Source: Spirochaetota bacterium
GTDB lineage: Bacteria; Spirochaetota; UBA4802; UBA5550
Reading direction: 5' to 3'
DNA length: 64,000 bases
Assembly: GCA_050298055.1 (NCBI GenBank)
Contig: JBNKTL010000004.1
Location: 34,223 to 98,222 of the forward strand
Both the position numbers and the translations under genes were made by a program. Shown piece by piece: positions 29,419 to 39,693 of the stretch (its first letter is position 1; each line of letters starts with the position of its first letter). The notes under the pieces are model-generated. The model was not told where the DNA came from. It saw only the letters and a list, made by a program, of their open reading frames with translations, and ran no database searches.

Positions 29419-30441
29419 ATGGGTAAAAAAGCGGACCTTGATTGGAAGAACCTTCCATTTGGTATAGTCAAAACTGATTATAATATCAGGTACCACTACA
29501 GGAACGGGAAATGGTCAGAAGGTGAGATGGTCAAAGATACGGACCTCACTATTCATATTGCCTCTCCCTGCATCCACTACGGACAGCAGGCATTTGAAGG
29601 GCTTAAGGCGTTTGAAACAGCCGAAGGGAACATTGTGGTCTTCAGGGCGGATGAAAACGGAATGAGGCTGCAGAAGAGCTGCAGGAGAATATTCATCCCG
29701 GAAATCCCCATGGACCTGTTTCTTGATGGAATAAAGAAAGTTGTCAGCGCCAACTCAAGGTTTGTGCCTCCTTATGGTACCGGGGCAAGTCTCTACATCA
29801 GGCCGGTGGTCATAGGGACCGGCGGACAGGTTGGTCTCGGACCCGCATCGGAATATATCTTTATTATCATGGTTACCCCTGTAGGCCCCTACTATAAAGG
29901 GGGATTCAAACCGGTTAAAGCGCTGGTTGTTGAAGAGTATGACAGGGCCGCGCCCCTGGGTGTGGGTGACTGCAAAGTGGGAGGTAACTATGCGGCGGGT
30001 CTTATGGCGCGGCAGTTCGGCCTTGACAAGGGATATCCTATCGCGCTCTTCCTTGATCCAAAGGAGAAAAAGTTTATTGATGAGTTCAGTACTTCCAACT
30101 TCATGGGAATAAAGGGCAAAAAATATATCCTTCCCGATTCAAAAACAATACTCCCCAGCATTACGAACAAAAGCCTTGCGGTTATTGCGGAGGATATCGG
30201 CATGACCGTCGAAAAAAGGCCTGTTGATATTGAAGAGGTTGAAAACTTTGACGAAATCGGTGCTGTGGGAACCGCGGCAGTGATAACACCTATCAGCGTG
30301 ATACACTATAAAGGGAAGGATTTCACATACGGAGACGGGGAGAATGCCGGGCCCATAATAACAGACCTCTATAAAAGACTGGTTGCAATCCAGACCGGCG
30401 ATGAACCTGACAGGCATGAATGGCTGATGAAAGTCGAATAA
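29419..30441 (+). CDS. ilvE: Branched-chain amino acid aminotransferase
   Basis: HYGQQAFEGLKA, SLYIRP, KVGGNYA, ILPSIT, GTAAVI. Confidence 0.96.
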   Translation: MGKKADLDWKNLPFGIVKTDYNIRYHYRNGKWSEGEMVKDTDLTIHIASPCIHYGQQAFEGLKAFETAEGNIVVFRADENGMRLQKSCRRIFIPEIPMDLFLDGIKKVVSANSRFVPPYGTGASLYIRPVVIGTGGQVGLGPASEYIFIIMVTPVGPYYKGGFKPVKALVVEEYDRAAPLGVGDCKVGGNYAAGLMARQFGLDKGYPIALFLDPKEKKFIDEFSTSNFMGIKGKKYILPDSKTILPSITNKSLAVIAEDIGMTVEKRPVDIEEVENFDEIGAVGTAAVITPISVIHYKGKDFTYGDGENAGPIITDLYKRLVAIQTGDEPDRHEWLMKVE

Positions 30442-30443
30442 CA

Positions 30444-30477
30444 GAGGTGCCTGATCTCTGGCACCTTTTTTATTTTA
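30444..30477. terminator. Terminator between convergent genes
   Basis: AGGTGCC...GGCACCT followed by TTTTTATTTT. Confidence 0.7.
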
Positions 30478-30672
30478 TTCCCCGCTCGTCACTTTTTCCG
30501 CCTGAAGCGCAAGATACTTAACAAGAACCTGCTCTGATATCGAACCCTGGTTGACCAAAATAATGCCGATCAGTCCTCCTTCATTTTTCTGTACTTCCAG
30601 GGCTTTATCAAGTTGCTCCTGTGTAATTTCTCCCTTTTCAAGGAGTATCTCTCCCAGCAACGGTCTCGCCAT
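30475..30672 (-). CDS. Stand-alone MshEN-like (GspE N-terminal) small protein
   Basis: LGEILLEKGEITQEQLDKALEVQ...IGIILVNQGSISEQVL..YLALQ; GGAGG RBS before ATG 30672. Confidence 0.8.
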   Translation of the reverse strand: MARPLLGEILLEKGEITQEQLDKALEVQKNEGGLIGIILVNQGSISEQVLVKYLALQAEKVTSGE

Positions 30673-30799
30673 TATGTCCTCCCCTAAGCAGTTGATATTT
30701 TTTTTGATCAGTTCTGGAACACCCAAATCATGTACCCTTATATATATCTGAAAAAACAGTATACTACAAACAGTTTTTTAATTTTTTTCAAAATTTAAA

Positions 30800-30884
30800 G
30801 TTACTGCTCAACCCCAGCGTAAGAATAAGCATGTTAATGATGTTTTAGTAAATACATTTATTTCTGCCATTACTGAATAGTTAT
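30800..30884. mobile_element. Possible third, highly degenerate copy of the MITE-like element
   Basis: GTTACTGCTCA ... TATTTCTGCCATTACTGAATAGTTA resembles the ends of 60558-60695; central palindrome absent. Confidence 0.4.
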
Positions 30885-30895
30885 AATTACCATCC

Positions 30896-32380
30896 CTATA
30901 ACAGTCTCTTCACGGCCTGTTTCCAGAGGGCAACCTCTGCTTCTCTTCGTGCTTTGTCAATGGAAGGTTCATACCTTCTGACTATTATATTGGTTTTTGC
31001 GATCTCGTCAATACTCTTATAGATGCCCGCTGTGATTCCGGCAAGGTATGCGGCCCCCAGCGCTGTTGATTCCGTTATCTCCGGAAGGAGAACAGGAACA
31101 CCGAGGAGATCGGACTGGAACTGCATCAGGTATTCATTACCGGTTGCGCCGCCATCTACTCTTAACTCGGTGATCTCTTTTCCCGAATCCTGTTCCAGGG
31201 CTTCAATGACATCCATGGACTGGAACGCTATGGATTTAAGGGCGGCCCTGACGATCTGCTCCCTGGTCGTGTCCCGGGTAAGACCGAAGACGGCGCCCCG
31301 GGCGTCCATTTCCCAGTAGGGAGCTCCCAGGCCCGTGAAAGCCGGCACAAAGACAATCCCGTCGTCATTCCCCGCGTCCCGTGCCATCTTTTCACTCTCG
31401 GAGGTATCGGTAAAGAAACCCATATAATCACGAAGCCACTGGTTCACGGCCCCCGCGATAAACACGGAACCTTCCAGGGCGTAGACCGGTTTGCCGGAGT
31501 TGTCACATGCAAGGGTCGTCAGGAGCCCGTTTTTTGATATAAGGAAATTATCTCCATTGTTCTGCAACAGAAAACATCCCGTACCGTAGGTGTTTTTCAG
31601 TGTGGATTCGAAAACACAGTTCTGGCCTACCATTGCCGCCTGCTGGTCTCCCGCAATACCCCCGATAACGATACCGTCAGGGAGCCCGGGAACATTTGAT
31701 GTCTTTCCAAACTCAGACGCGGATTCAGCCACTTCCGGGAGTATTGATCCGGGGATGTTCAGGATCTCCAGCAGTTCCTTTGACCACTCTCTTTTCTTTA
31801 TGTCATAGATAAGGGTCCTTGAGGCGTTGGTATAGTCGGTCATGTGGGATCTGCCTCCGGTGAGGTTCCAGAGGACCCATGTATCTATTGTCCCGAAAAG
31901 AAGTTTCCCTTCATCAGCCAGTTTCCTGATCCCCGGGACATTTTCAAGGAGCCATTTGATTTTCGTCCCCGAAAAGTAGGCGTCAACAACGAGGCCGGTC
32001 TTTTCCCTGAAGGTCTTTTCATGACCCGCTTCCTTGAGGCTGTTACAGATACCGGCAGTACGCCTGCACTGCCAGACAATTGCGTGGTAAACCGGTTTAC
32101 CGGTGTCCCTGTCCCAGAGAAGGGCGGTCTCCCTCTGATTGGTGATCCCTATGGCTGCCGCATTTTCTCCTCTCAGGTTGCCTTTCCTGAGGGCCTCCGG
32201 GATGAGGGCATAAATGGATTCAAGTATTTCCCGGGCATCATGTTCCACCCAGCCCGGTTTCGGGAAATGCTGTGTAAATTCACTATAGGCGCTGGACAGG
32301 GGCTTTCCCTCCTCGCTGAAGCAGAAAACCCTGTTTCCCGTAGTCCCCAGGTCCAGTGAAATGATAAATTTGCCGCTCAT
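30896..32380 (-). CDS. glpK: Glycerol kinase
   Basis: DLGTTG, GWVEHD, GITNQRET, AIVWQCRRT, DAYFSGTK, GDQQAA, KNTYGTGCF. Confidence 0.96.
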   Translation of the reverse strand: MSGKFIISLDLGTTGNRVFCFSEEGKPLSSAYSEFTQHFPKPGWVEHDAREILESIYALIPEALRKGNLRGENAAAIGITNQRETALLWDRDTGKPVYHAIVWQCRRTAGICNSLKEAGHEKTFREKTGLVVDAYFSGTKIKWLLENVPGIRKLADEGKLLFGTIDTWVLWNLTGGRSHMTDYTNASRTLIYDIKKREWSKELLEILNIPGSILPEVAESASEFGKTSNVPGLPDGIVIGGIAGDQQAAMVGQNCVFESTLKNTYGTGCFLLQNNGDNFLISKNGLLTTLACDNSGKPVYALEGSVFIAGAVNQWLRDYMGFFTDTSESEKMARDAGNDDGIVFVPAFTGLGAPYWEMDARGAVFGLTRDTTREQIVRAALKSIAFQSMDVIEALEQDSGKEITELRVDGGATGNEYLMQFQSDLLGVPVLLPEITESTALGAAYLAGITAGIYKSIDEIAKTNIIVRRYEPSIDKARREAEVALWKQAVKRLL

Positions 32381-32472
32381 ATAAAAATTAAAACATAAAA
32401 AATTGTGAGTGTCAATCAATAAACCGGAATGTGGTTATTTTTTTTGAAAATGAGATGTTGTTTTTCCGGAGT

Positions 32473-32500
32473 GCAGGCGGGATCACGTGACCCCGCCTGC
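32473..32500. terminator. GC-rich hairpin at the 3' end of the 32500-32964 gene
   Basis: GCAGGCGGG...CCCGCCTGC. Confidence 0.55.
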
Positions 32501-32964
32501 TACAGGGTCCCTGCAGCCTGAAGAGATCCGTATATGAGTAACAGGGAGAAAGCTACGGAAATTGCCAGGAAGAGAAGAATCCCCATGATAGTGATTTTTC
32601 GTGAATTCCCGGGGTCTGGCCCCCTGTGAAATCTGTCATACCGGTGATATTCCTCTGAGAGATATTTAAGGCCGCCCCTTTTTTCACGTAAAATAATATT
32701 TCGGGCATAATGTCTTACCCATTGCGGCATGTTGCCGTTTATGATAAAAGAGAAATAACACCTTTCCAGGAGTTTGATATCGCCCTCTTCTCCATGCCAT
32801 TCAAAATATGCCAGCTGGAAGATCTGGAACTCTCCCACGTCGAGGAGTGAAGAGGCGCAGGCAACAACATCCTCCTCTGTTACCCCGGTGTCAAATAAGC
32901 GGTGGTAAACATCGGCGATAAAACCCTTCAATGTTTCATTCTGATTGTTTATCTGCCGGTCCAT
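32500..32964 (-). CDS. Hypothetical protein with a C-terminal TM helix
   Basis: 154 aa ORF; EFQIFQLAY..W motif; hydrophobic C-terminus. Confidence 0.7.
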   Translation of the reverse strand: MDRQINNQNETLKGFIADVYHRLFDTGVTEEDVVACASSLLDVGEFQIFQLAYFEWHGEEGDIKLLERCYFSFIINGNMPQWVRHYARNIILREKRGGLKYLSEEYHRYDRFHRGPDPGNSRKITIMGILLFLAISVAFSLLLIYGSLQAAGTL

Positions 32965-33291
32965 CTCATCTCTCTTTTTTTGTGGATAATATAACTCAGT
33001 GGAGATATTGAGACAATAGGGGATACCCTTTCCTTCGTCGGGAGAAAACCTTTTTTAAACGGAGGGTTTTTCCTGCTTATCATTAATTAAGTTGAATCTA
33101 TCCGATCACTGCAGCCTCTTTAAGAGTGAACCGGAAGACCGTTTTGTACAGGGTAATATAATATGACAAAATCCCGGCTTTTTTCCTTCAATTTTCACGC
33201 AAAAAAATGCGATTATAGTAGTATAAAGAAAAAATCGTTCTTGTTAAAGGTTTCACAAAAATTAAAATTGTCATTAATAGAGTCATTTAAT

Positions 33292-34338
33292 ATGGAAAAT
33301 CCACTGTTTGAAAAATTCAAGTCGGAAAAGAGGCAATGCCTCTATATCGCGGAGATCGGGCTTAATCACAATGGTGATATAAGTACGGCAAAAGAACTTG
33401 TGAAATCAGCGGCAAAAGCCGGGGCGGACTGTGTGAAGTTTCAGACCTTCATCCCCGAAAAGATGAATTCCATCTATACCTCCTCGCTTTTAAAATCGGG
33501 GAGGGAAGAGGAACCTGATAAAAGCCAGGTGGAATTCTTCAGGAATTATCTCCTCACTGAGAGTGAGTACGGGGAACTGAAAAAACTTTCCGATGACCTT
33601 GGACTGGTCTTCTTCTCATCACCCTTTGACAGGGAATCCGTTGATCTTCTGGAAGGGCTCGATGTTCCCCTCTATAAAGTGGCATCCTCGGAAGTGACCA
33701 ATCACAGGCTGTTGAAAAGGATCGCAGAGACAGGGAAACCGGTTATACTCTCTACAGGCATGGCAGGGAAGCCGGATATTGCCGGTGCCCTGAAAATTTT
33801 CGGAAACAGGGATTGTGATGATATCGCCCTTCTTCACTGCGTTTCACTCTACCCGCTGGATCACTCCGCGGCCAATTTAAAGAGAATAAAGTCCCTGAGG
33901 AAGACCTTTGGCAGGGAAACCGGTTTTTCGGACCATACCCGGGGAAGTGAAGCAGCCCTGGTTGCGGCCTCACTGGGGGCCAGGATTTTTGAAAAGCACT
34001 TTACACTGGATGATGACTTTGACTGTCCCGACAGGGATGTTTCACTCAATGGGGAGGGCCTGTCAGCTTATATTGAATCTGTTGAGAGGGCGGTGAGGAT
34101 GCTGGGCGGCGGTGAGATATCCTTTGCCGGTGATGAGGCGGTAACTGCCCGGGCCGCGCGAAGAAGTATTTTTGCAGGGAGAGAGATCCCGGAGGGTAAA
34201 GTCATTATGGATGATGACCTGGTAGTTTTAAGGCCCGGCATTGGAATTCCGGCTTCCCTGATGGAAAACATTGTGGGGAAAAAAAGCTGTGTTGACATAA
34301 AAAAAGACTTTATGATAAGGGAAGAATACCTGGTTTAA
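33292..34338 (+). CDS. N-acetylneuraminate synthase family (NeuB/SpsE/PseI) with SAF domain
   Basis: IAEIGLNHNG, VKFQT, KVASSE, LSTGM, LHCVSLYP, GFSDHT, EKHFT, RRSI, RPG.GI. Confidence 0.93.
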   Translation: MENPLFEKFKSEKRQCLYIAEIGLNHNGDISTAKELVKSAAKAGADCVKFQTFIPEKMNSIYTSSLLKSGREEEPDKSQVEFFRNYLLTESEYGELKKLSDDLGLVFFSSPFDRESVDLLEGLDVPLYKVASSEVTNHRLLKRIAETGKPVILSTGMAGKPDIAGALKIFGNRDCDDIALLHCVSLYPLDHSAANLKRIKSLRKTFGRETGFSDHTRGSEAALVAASLGARIFEKHFTLDDDFDCPDRDVSLNGEGLSAYIESVERAVRMLGGGEISFAGDEAVTARAARRSIFAGREIPEGKVIMDDDLVVLRPGIGIPASLMENIVGKKSCVDIKKDFMIREEYLV

Positions 34339-34352
34339 AAAAGGAGCATGAG

Positions 34353-34847
34353 ATGAATAAACGAGCAATGATTGCCATAATACTTGTTGCGGCTGTAACC
34401 GGCTGTTCGGCACTGGCTAAAAAGGAGAGTGATTTTTTCAACGGTAAGGAGATAAAAATGCTGGATGCCACAACCTCCGCGATTGGATACAATTACGGAT
34501 ATGATTCGGAGCCGGACCTTGACTATGTTTTCTCATTCACCTACAGTGAAAAAGGCGTGAAAAATAAGCCTGCAAAGTTAAAAGGCGCCCTTGATACTTA
34601 TGATAACAGGTCCCTGGTAAGGTTTTATGAGAAAGTCTATATTCTTAAGTTCAAGACAATCAAGGTCAGGGGCAAATACAGGGAGAATAAGAGGTGGAAA
34701 GAGTATACGCATGTGAACAAGTATCTCCTCCCCACCCTTGAAAAATATATTCAGCTCCTGGAGGGGCAGGTGCTGGTAAAGGTCCCTGAGTACAGGAGCA
34801 GAATTGCTTCAAGAAAAAAGGAAATCGAAGCGGTTTTTACAAGGTAG
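34353..34847 (+). CDS. Hypothetical lipoprotein
   Basis: Signal peptide with VTGC lipobox. Confidence 0.75.
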   Translation: MNKRAMIAIILVAAVTGCSALAKKESDFFNGKEIKMLDATTSAIGYNYGYDSEPDLDYVFSFTYSEKGVKNKPAKLKGALDTYDNRSLVRFYEKVYILKFKTIKVRGKYRENKRWKEYTHVNKYLLPTLEKYIQLLEGQVLVKVPEYRSRIASRKKEIEAVFTR

Positions 34848-34856
34848 CGCGGTCCC

Positions 34857-36134
34857 GTGAAGATAGCACCGTTTATATTGTCCCTCCTTCTCCTTTCACC
34901 GGGTCAGGGGAAAAGCCCGGGGGTCCATGTTCTGTGCTATCACGGTTTTCAAACAGATAAGAACAGGTTTTCCTTTCTTCTTACTGAGCTTAAGTCACAG
35001 CTTGATTTTTTCAGGAAAAGAGGATTCAGGTTCGTGACATTTTCAGATATTGATAGCGGCAATTTCAGCGGAAACAGGAATATCCTTATTACCGTTGATG
35101 ACGGAAACAGGAGTGTGTATGACGCATACTATCATGTTTTCAGACCCATGAAGATAAAGCCGGTACTTGCGATTTACCCGGCAGTTACCGGCAGGGAAAA
35201 ATATGCCCTTACATGGAAGCAGCTCAGGCGCCTTTCCGATGATGGCTGCGAGGTTGCCGCTCACGGCTATTCCCACAGGTATTTAAACAGCAGGCTTTAC
35301 AGAAAGGAGCGGAGGGCGTTTGAGAGGGAGATAAGCACCTCTCGGAAACTGCTGGAGAGAAAACTGGGAAGGTCTGTGGATATTTTTGTTTATCCCTACG
35401 GTGTAAAATCTCCCGAGGCGGTAAAAGCCCTTAAGAAAGCAGGCTACAGGTACGCCTTTACAATAAACAGCGGAACAATGTTCCTGAAATCTGCCCGGGG
35501 AGATTCGGTTTATGACCTTCCCCGGTATATGATTACCCGGGGGACCCGCAGGCTCATCCTGGACCGGATAGCACGGAAAACAGGCAGTGAGAAACAGGTC
35601 CTTGCACTGAACAATCACGGGGAAAAACCGGTCCCGGATATGAAATCCCTTATTATCAAACCGAAGAAAGTACCCGAACCCCTTGATGAGAAGACAGGGC
35701 CCGTGGTTGTATACCGGGACAGGTACAGGGACTATGGAAGAAAGAAGGAGAGCTCTCTCATTAAACTCGGCCTGAAGGACTCCCTTGTTGAGATTGATGA
35801 AAAACCGGGGGTCTCTCCTGATAATGGTTATACGTCTTACAGGGACGGAAAGTCCGGCCGGGAAACAGAGCTTGTCGCCGGTTTCGGGATTGTTGATATT
35901 CCCGGTACCCGCGGGATATACGTGCACACCGGCACCGGTGTGAAAACATTCCGGGATTACGGGGATACAAAGAAAGAGGGGAGTTGCCCGGTACTTACAA
36001 AATTAAAAAGCAGTTATAAGAAAACAGCAATCTCCGCTTACAGGTATTACTCCCTCTGGATCGACCGGCTCAGGGCGAGGATGCATGCCGTAAAGAGAAA
36101 AATCGAAAAACTGATAAATGATGTCTTTACCTGA
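34857..36134 (+). CDS. Polysaccharide deacetylase (CE4) family protein
   Basis: VLCYH, ITVDDG, HGYSH, FVYPYG, LPRY. Confidence 0.88.
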   Translation: MKIAPFILSLLLLSPGQGKSPGVHVLCYHGFQTDKNRFSFLLTELKSQLDFFRKRGFRFVTFSDIDSGNFSGNRNILITVDDGNRSVYDAYYHVFRPMKIKPVLAIYPAVTGREKYALTWKQLRRLSDDGCEVAAHGYSHRYLNSRLYRKERRAFEREISTSRKLLERKLGRSVDIFVYPYGVKSPEAVKALKKAGYRYAFTINSGTMFLKSARGDSVYDLPRYMITRGTRRLILDRIARKTGSEKQVLALNNHGEKPVPDMKSLIIKPKKVPEPLDEKTGPVVVYRDRYRDYGRKKESSLIKLGLKDSLVEIDEKPGVSPDNGYTSYRDGKSGRETELVAGFGIVDIPGTRGIYVHTGTGVKTFRDYGDTKKEGSCPVLTKLKSSYKKTAISAYRYYSLWIDRLRARMHAVKRKIEKLINDVFT

Positions 36135-36792
36135 TACGGACCGCTTCCCACTGCTTCCTTATGCCCCCCACCGTATAGAACCCCTTGATGACTTTTCCGT
36201 TCTGCTCATAGGTCCCGGAGTAGTTCTGTGTAAAATATGACCCGGACCCTGTTCTCTTCAGCTCCTTTGCCGTGGTGATTGAACGGGTGAAGGTGATCCT
36301 GTTACTGGAGATCCGGATATACTTCAGGTATTCCCAGACCCCGTTCTTCCACTCCGGGAACTTTACGGAACCGTAGAGTTTCCCCTTTGAGACAAAGAGG
36401 TTGAGAATACCCTTATGCCCCGAGGCCACAATCCTGTAGCCGCCGATAAATTTTCCCGGTATACCGGAGATGCCGGTCTCATCATCGGGGGTTTCCGGAA
36501 TAATTTCTATCCGTTTCACTTCCCGGACAGGTATCAGCGCCAGTGTATAATCGGGGTCAGGGACTTCGAGGGCCTGTCGCCTTGTCCCATGGCTTTCACT
36601 GTCCCGGATACAGAAAAGAGTATTGCCTATGAGCAGTATCTTTTTCCCCCGGTAGAACTTTGAGTCTGAGTCAACGATCAGGACCGAATATCCAGGAAGA
36701 AGGGCGGCAGAGAGGGCCATGAGTACCAGGAGTGCAGCCGTAACAATAAGTGCCGGTTTAATAAATCTTCTGATGGTCTTTTTTCCCTTCAT
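36127..36792 (-). CDS. Hypothetical membrane-anchored protein
   Basis: N-terminal TM segment; beta-rich C-terminal domain. Confidence 0.7.
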   Translation of the reverse strand: MKGKKTIRRFIKPALIVTAALLVLMALSAALLPGYSVLIVDSDSKFYRGKKILLIGNTLFCIRDSESHGTRRQALEVPDPDYTLALIPVREVKRIEIIPETPDDETGISGIPGKFIGGYRIVASGHKGILNLFVSKGKLYGSVKFPEWKNGVWEYLKYIRISSNRITFTRSITTAKELKRTGSGSYFTQNYSGTYEQNGKVIKGFYTVGGIRKQWEAVRIR

Positions 36793-36847
36793 GTTCTCTA
36801 TTCAGGGTTAAGTTATGATATCAGTCAAGCTAAAGTCATGAAGCAGG

Positions 36848-37804
36848 TCAATTTTTGTTAAGTTTCTCCTGCCGGAGCCCCCTCTTTTCGAACTTTACCG
36901 CCGTATCAGGATCATCTATGAGCCTGTAGATATCCGCAAGGAAAAAGTAGGTATCGGTATTCCGGGGATTGATTTCAATGGCCTTCCTGAGGTTTTCTAT
37001 TGCACGGTTAATATAGAAGATCCTCTTTCCCGGCAGCTTCCTGTTAAAGTACAAACTGCCCAGGTAGAGGTAAGCCTTTTCATAACCGGGCTTTATGAAC
37101 TTCAGTTTTTCCATGATATCCGCCGCTTCCCGGTACATCTTCCTGTTCCGGTAAATGTCCGCAAGTCCCACATAGGCTTCCGTATATGCCGGGCTCAGTT
37201 CAATTGCCTTGTTGAGATTTTCAATTCCTTTCTCATATTTTTTCTCACCGTAAGCGGAGATCCCCGCGTCATAGAACCGGGCGGCTTTTATTTTGCCGGT
37301 CTCATAGCTGTTCCTGAAGTGCTTTTCGGCCTTTTCCTTTTTTCCCCGGAGGAGGTAGTAGCGGGAAAGCTCCAGGTTCGCTTTGATATCATGGGGCCTG
37401 AGATCTACAGCTTTTTCAAAATGGGAGACAGCAAGACGGTCTTCCGCGAAAAAACTGTAGAGTCCGCCGATCTTTGTGTGAATATCTCCCTGCCTGCTGT
37501 TTATGGCAAGGGACCTCTTAAGAAGTTCTATTCCCTTCTGCCTGTTGTTTCTCATTATGTATATATCCGCCAGGATGTTTAAAGCTTCAAAGAGGTCCGG
37601 GTTGCCGTCAAGGGCCAGCTGAAGGTTGAGGATAGCGTAGTCGTACATCTCCGCCCTGAACTGCAGCTTCCCCTTCCTAAGATAGTAGGCGGCAGGTCTC
37701 CTGGGGTTACTCTTCCCCTTCACCTCTCCGGGAGAAACTGAAATTGAGAAGAGCAATATTATAATTAAAAAAAAGTTGAAATATCTTATTGACATATTCC
37801 GCAT
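36848..37804 (-). CDS. Exported tetratricopeptide-repeat protein
   Basis: Signal peptide; repeated KAIEL.P..AY..LA..Y motifs; start could be 37795. Confidence 0.85.
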   Translation of the reverse strand: MRNMSIRYFNFFLIIILLFSISVSPGEVKGKSNPRRPAAYYLRKGKLQFRAEMYDYAILNLQLALDGNPDLFEALNILADIYIMRNNRQKGIELLKRSLAINSRQGDIHTKIGGLYSFFAEDRLAVSHFEKAVDLRPHDIKANLELSRYYLLRGKKEKAEKHFRNSYETGKIKAARFYDAGISAYGEKKYEKGIENLNKAIELSPAYTEAYVGLADIYRNRKMYREAADIMEKLKFIKPGYEKAYLYLGSLYFNRKLPGKRIFYINRAIENLRKAIEINPRNTDTYFFLADIYRLIDDPDTAVKFEKRGLRQEKLNKN

Positions 37805-37831
37805 CTGTAATAAATGTGTATCGTCTTTAAT

Positions 37832-37904
<73 letters not shown>

Positions 37905-38215
37905 TTTTTTCATGCCCTCACATTCCCTTCATTAATAATAACGGCCGGTTTGGTTATAGAGTTGCAGATATTTTTCTTTGGAAATTTTTTTTATTCCCGA
38001 AAGTGTAATTATAACGCAAGTACTGGTTTCGTTCCGGGTTCCGTATTGATGATTCTGTCCTAACGAGCGCAACGTGGCTATCTGTTATGGCTTATTAGTG
38101 ATTTAACGAGTGATGCGAGGATGTCTGTTTATAAAATGTTCGCTGCTTAAAGGAACATTGTAATTTATGACAAACAGATCATGACGTCGCTCCACTCCTC
38201 AAGGTGACAGAGTCT

Positions 38216-38980
38216 TTAATGCGAAACTCTCCGTACAATCTCCCTCAGCTTCTCTTTGCCTGCAGGGGACAAACCCAGGGAGTCAATCACTCCTTCAAGC
38301 TCCTTCCGGGACCCGTATCCTCCCGCGAAGCCGTTTACCCGTGCCGCGGCCGTTGACTTGAGAAGATCATTCATGAGGGGATAGATCTTCAGGAATTCAT
38401 CCTTGATGCTTTCCCGCATCTGCAGGTAATACTTTTGATGGTAGTTTTCCGCCCGGGTGAATTGGGAAGCCGGTTTTATTCCCGTATGGATTTCCCTTCT
38501 GACTCTCTCAGCTGTTTCCGCGAGGCTTTTCTCCGCGGTCTTCTTCTGGGATTCGTTCTTGAAAAAAATAAAAGACCGGTACTGATTGCTCATAACGGCC
38601 CGTGTGGGATCGTGCCCTTCCCAGAACTCGTCCAGGAGTTCCCGGTAGCTGATAATATCAGGATCGTAAACGATCTCTATTGCCTCCGAGTGATTGCCTA
38701 TGCTCTTATAGGTGGGTCCTGGCGTTGTTCCGCCGGTATATCCCACCCGTGTTGAAATGACCCCTTTGAGAAGCCCGAACCGGGCATCGGGACCCCAGAA
38801 TCACCCCATGGCAAAAAGGGCGGTTTCGCTTCTTTTGTGTTTCACTTTATCGATTTGAGGGATTTCCCCTTTCTGAGACGCGTTGAGCAGCGGCCTGTTC
38901 ATATTATCCTTCTCCGGAAAGTCAGCAAGTATCCATATAATGAATAAACCTGCGGGAATAAGCAATAATTTTTTTATCAT
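38216..38980 (-). CDS. msrA: Selenocysteine-containing peptide-methionine (S)-S-oxide reductase with an N-terminal signal/anchor
   Basis: Open frame from ATG 38980 (GGAG RBS) through in-frame TGA at 38803-38801 in FAMG-U-FWG, continuing into RVGYTGG, HSEA, QYRS and AENYHQKY. Confidence 0.9.
38773..38803 (-). promoter_or_regulatory. Putative bacterial SECIS element
   Basis: UGA, then 15 nt, then a GCCCG-GUU-CGGGC hairpin with a G-containing apical loop. Confidence 0.6.
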
Positions 38981-39058
38981 GATATCCTATCTCCGTTTTC
39001 ATCGATAGAATTTTTAATACTTTAAGGATAGGGACAATGGATGTGGCAATTGTTACAG

Positions 39059-39084
39059 AATCAGCCCGTAGCCACGGGCTGATT
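39059..39084. repeat. Perfect palindrome (REP- or terminator-like)
   Basis: AATCAGCCCGT-AGCC-ACGGGCTGATT. Confidence 0.6.
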
Positions 39085-39263
39085 ATAAATAGTTTAAGTA
39101 AATCACCGCTTAAACCTTAAGCCGTTAAAGTGGAAATATTACCAATATTAAAAATTTATTCTGAATGTATAATGCGATGGTTACTATAAAATTGAATTTA
39201 ATTAAGTTAAATTACTCTTGACCTTCTGTAAAATACCCATATTCTGGATGCCAATTTAATAAG

Positions 39264-39665
39264 ATGTTCTGCTTTGAAATGATAATAGCGAATCATAAAA
39301 AACGATTTAACCAGGGCGCATCACATTATACCACTGATCGCTATCCCGGTCGCGGACAATGTGTGCGGAAAGTCTTGGAGCTTCTTGATCCACAGCAGGA
39401 CGATGTCATACTCGATCTTGGTTGTGGTCCAGGGATCCAACTCATTGAACTTGCTCATTCAATTAGATCGGGGTATGGAGTCGATCCGGCGGAAGAGATG
39501 ATCCGGCGGGCGAGAGCCGAAGCCGCTGGATATGTAAAAGTGTCTGAACTCCTGCCCGGCGGCGGGCTGTTTGTTCTTGGTGACCTTATGTTCAGTGACG
39601 TCCCTGAGAAACATCAAGATCTCTTTGAGTTTAATGAAACATGCATTTTAAAGAAAAAAAGATAA
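39264..39665 (+). pseudogene. Class I SAM-methyltransferase with an apparent internal deletion
   Basis: ILDLGCGPG and GVDPAEEMI are followed almost directly by LLPGGGLFVLGD; the middle strands and a normal C-terminus are missing. Confidence 0.6.
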
Positions 39666-39693
39666 ATATAAGCGATAAATTATTGTAAATAAA

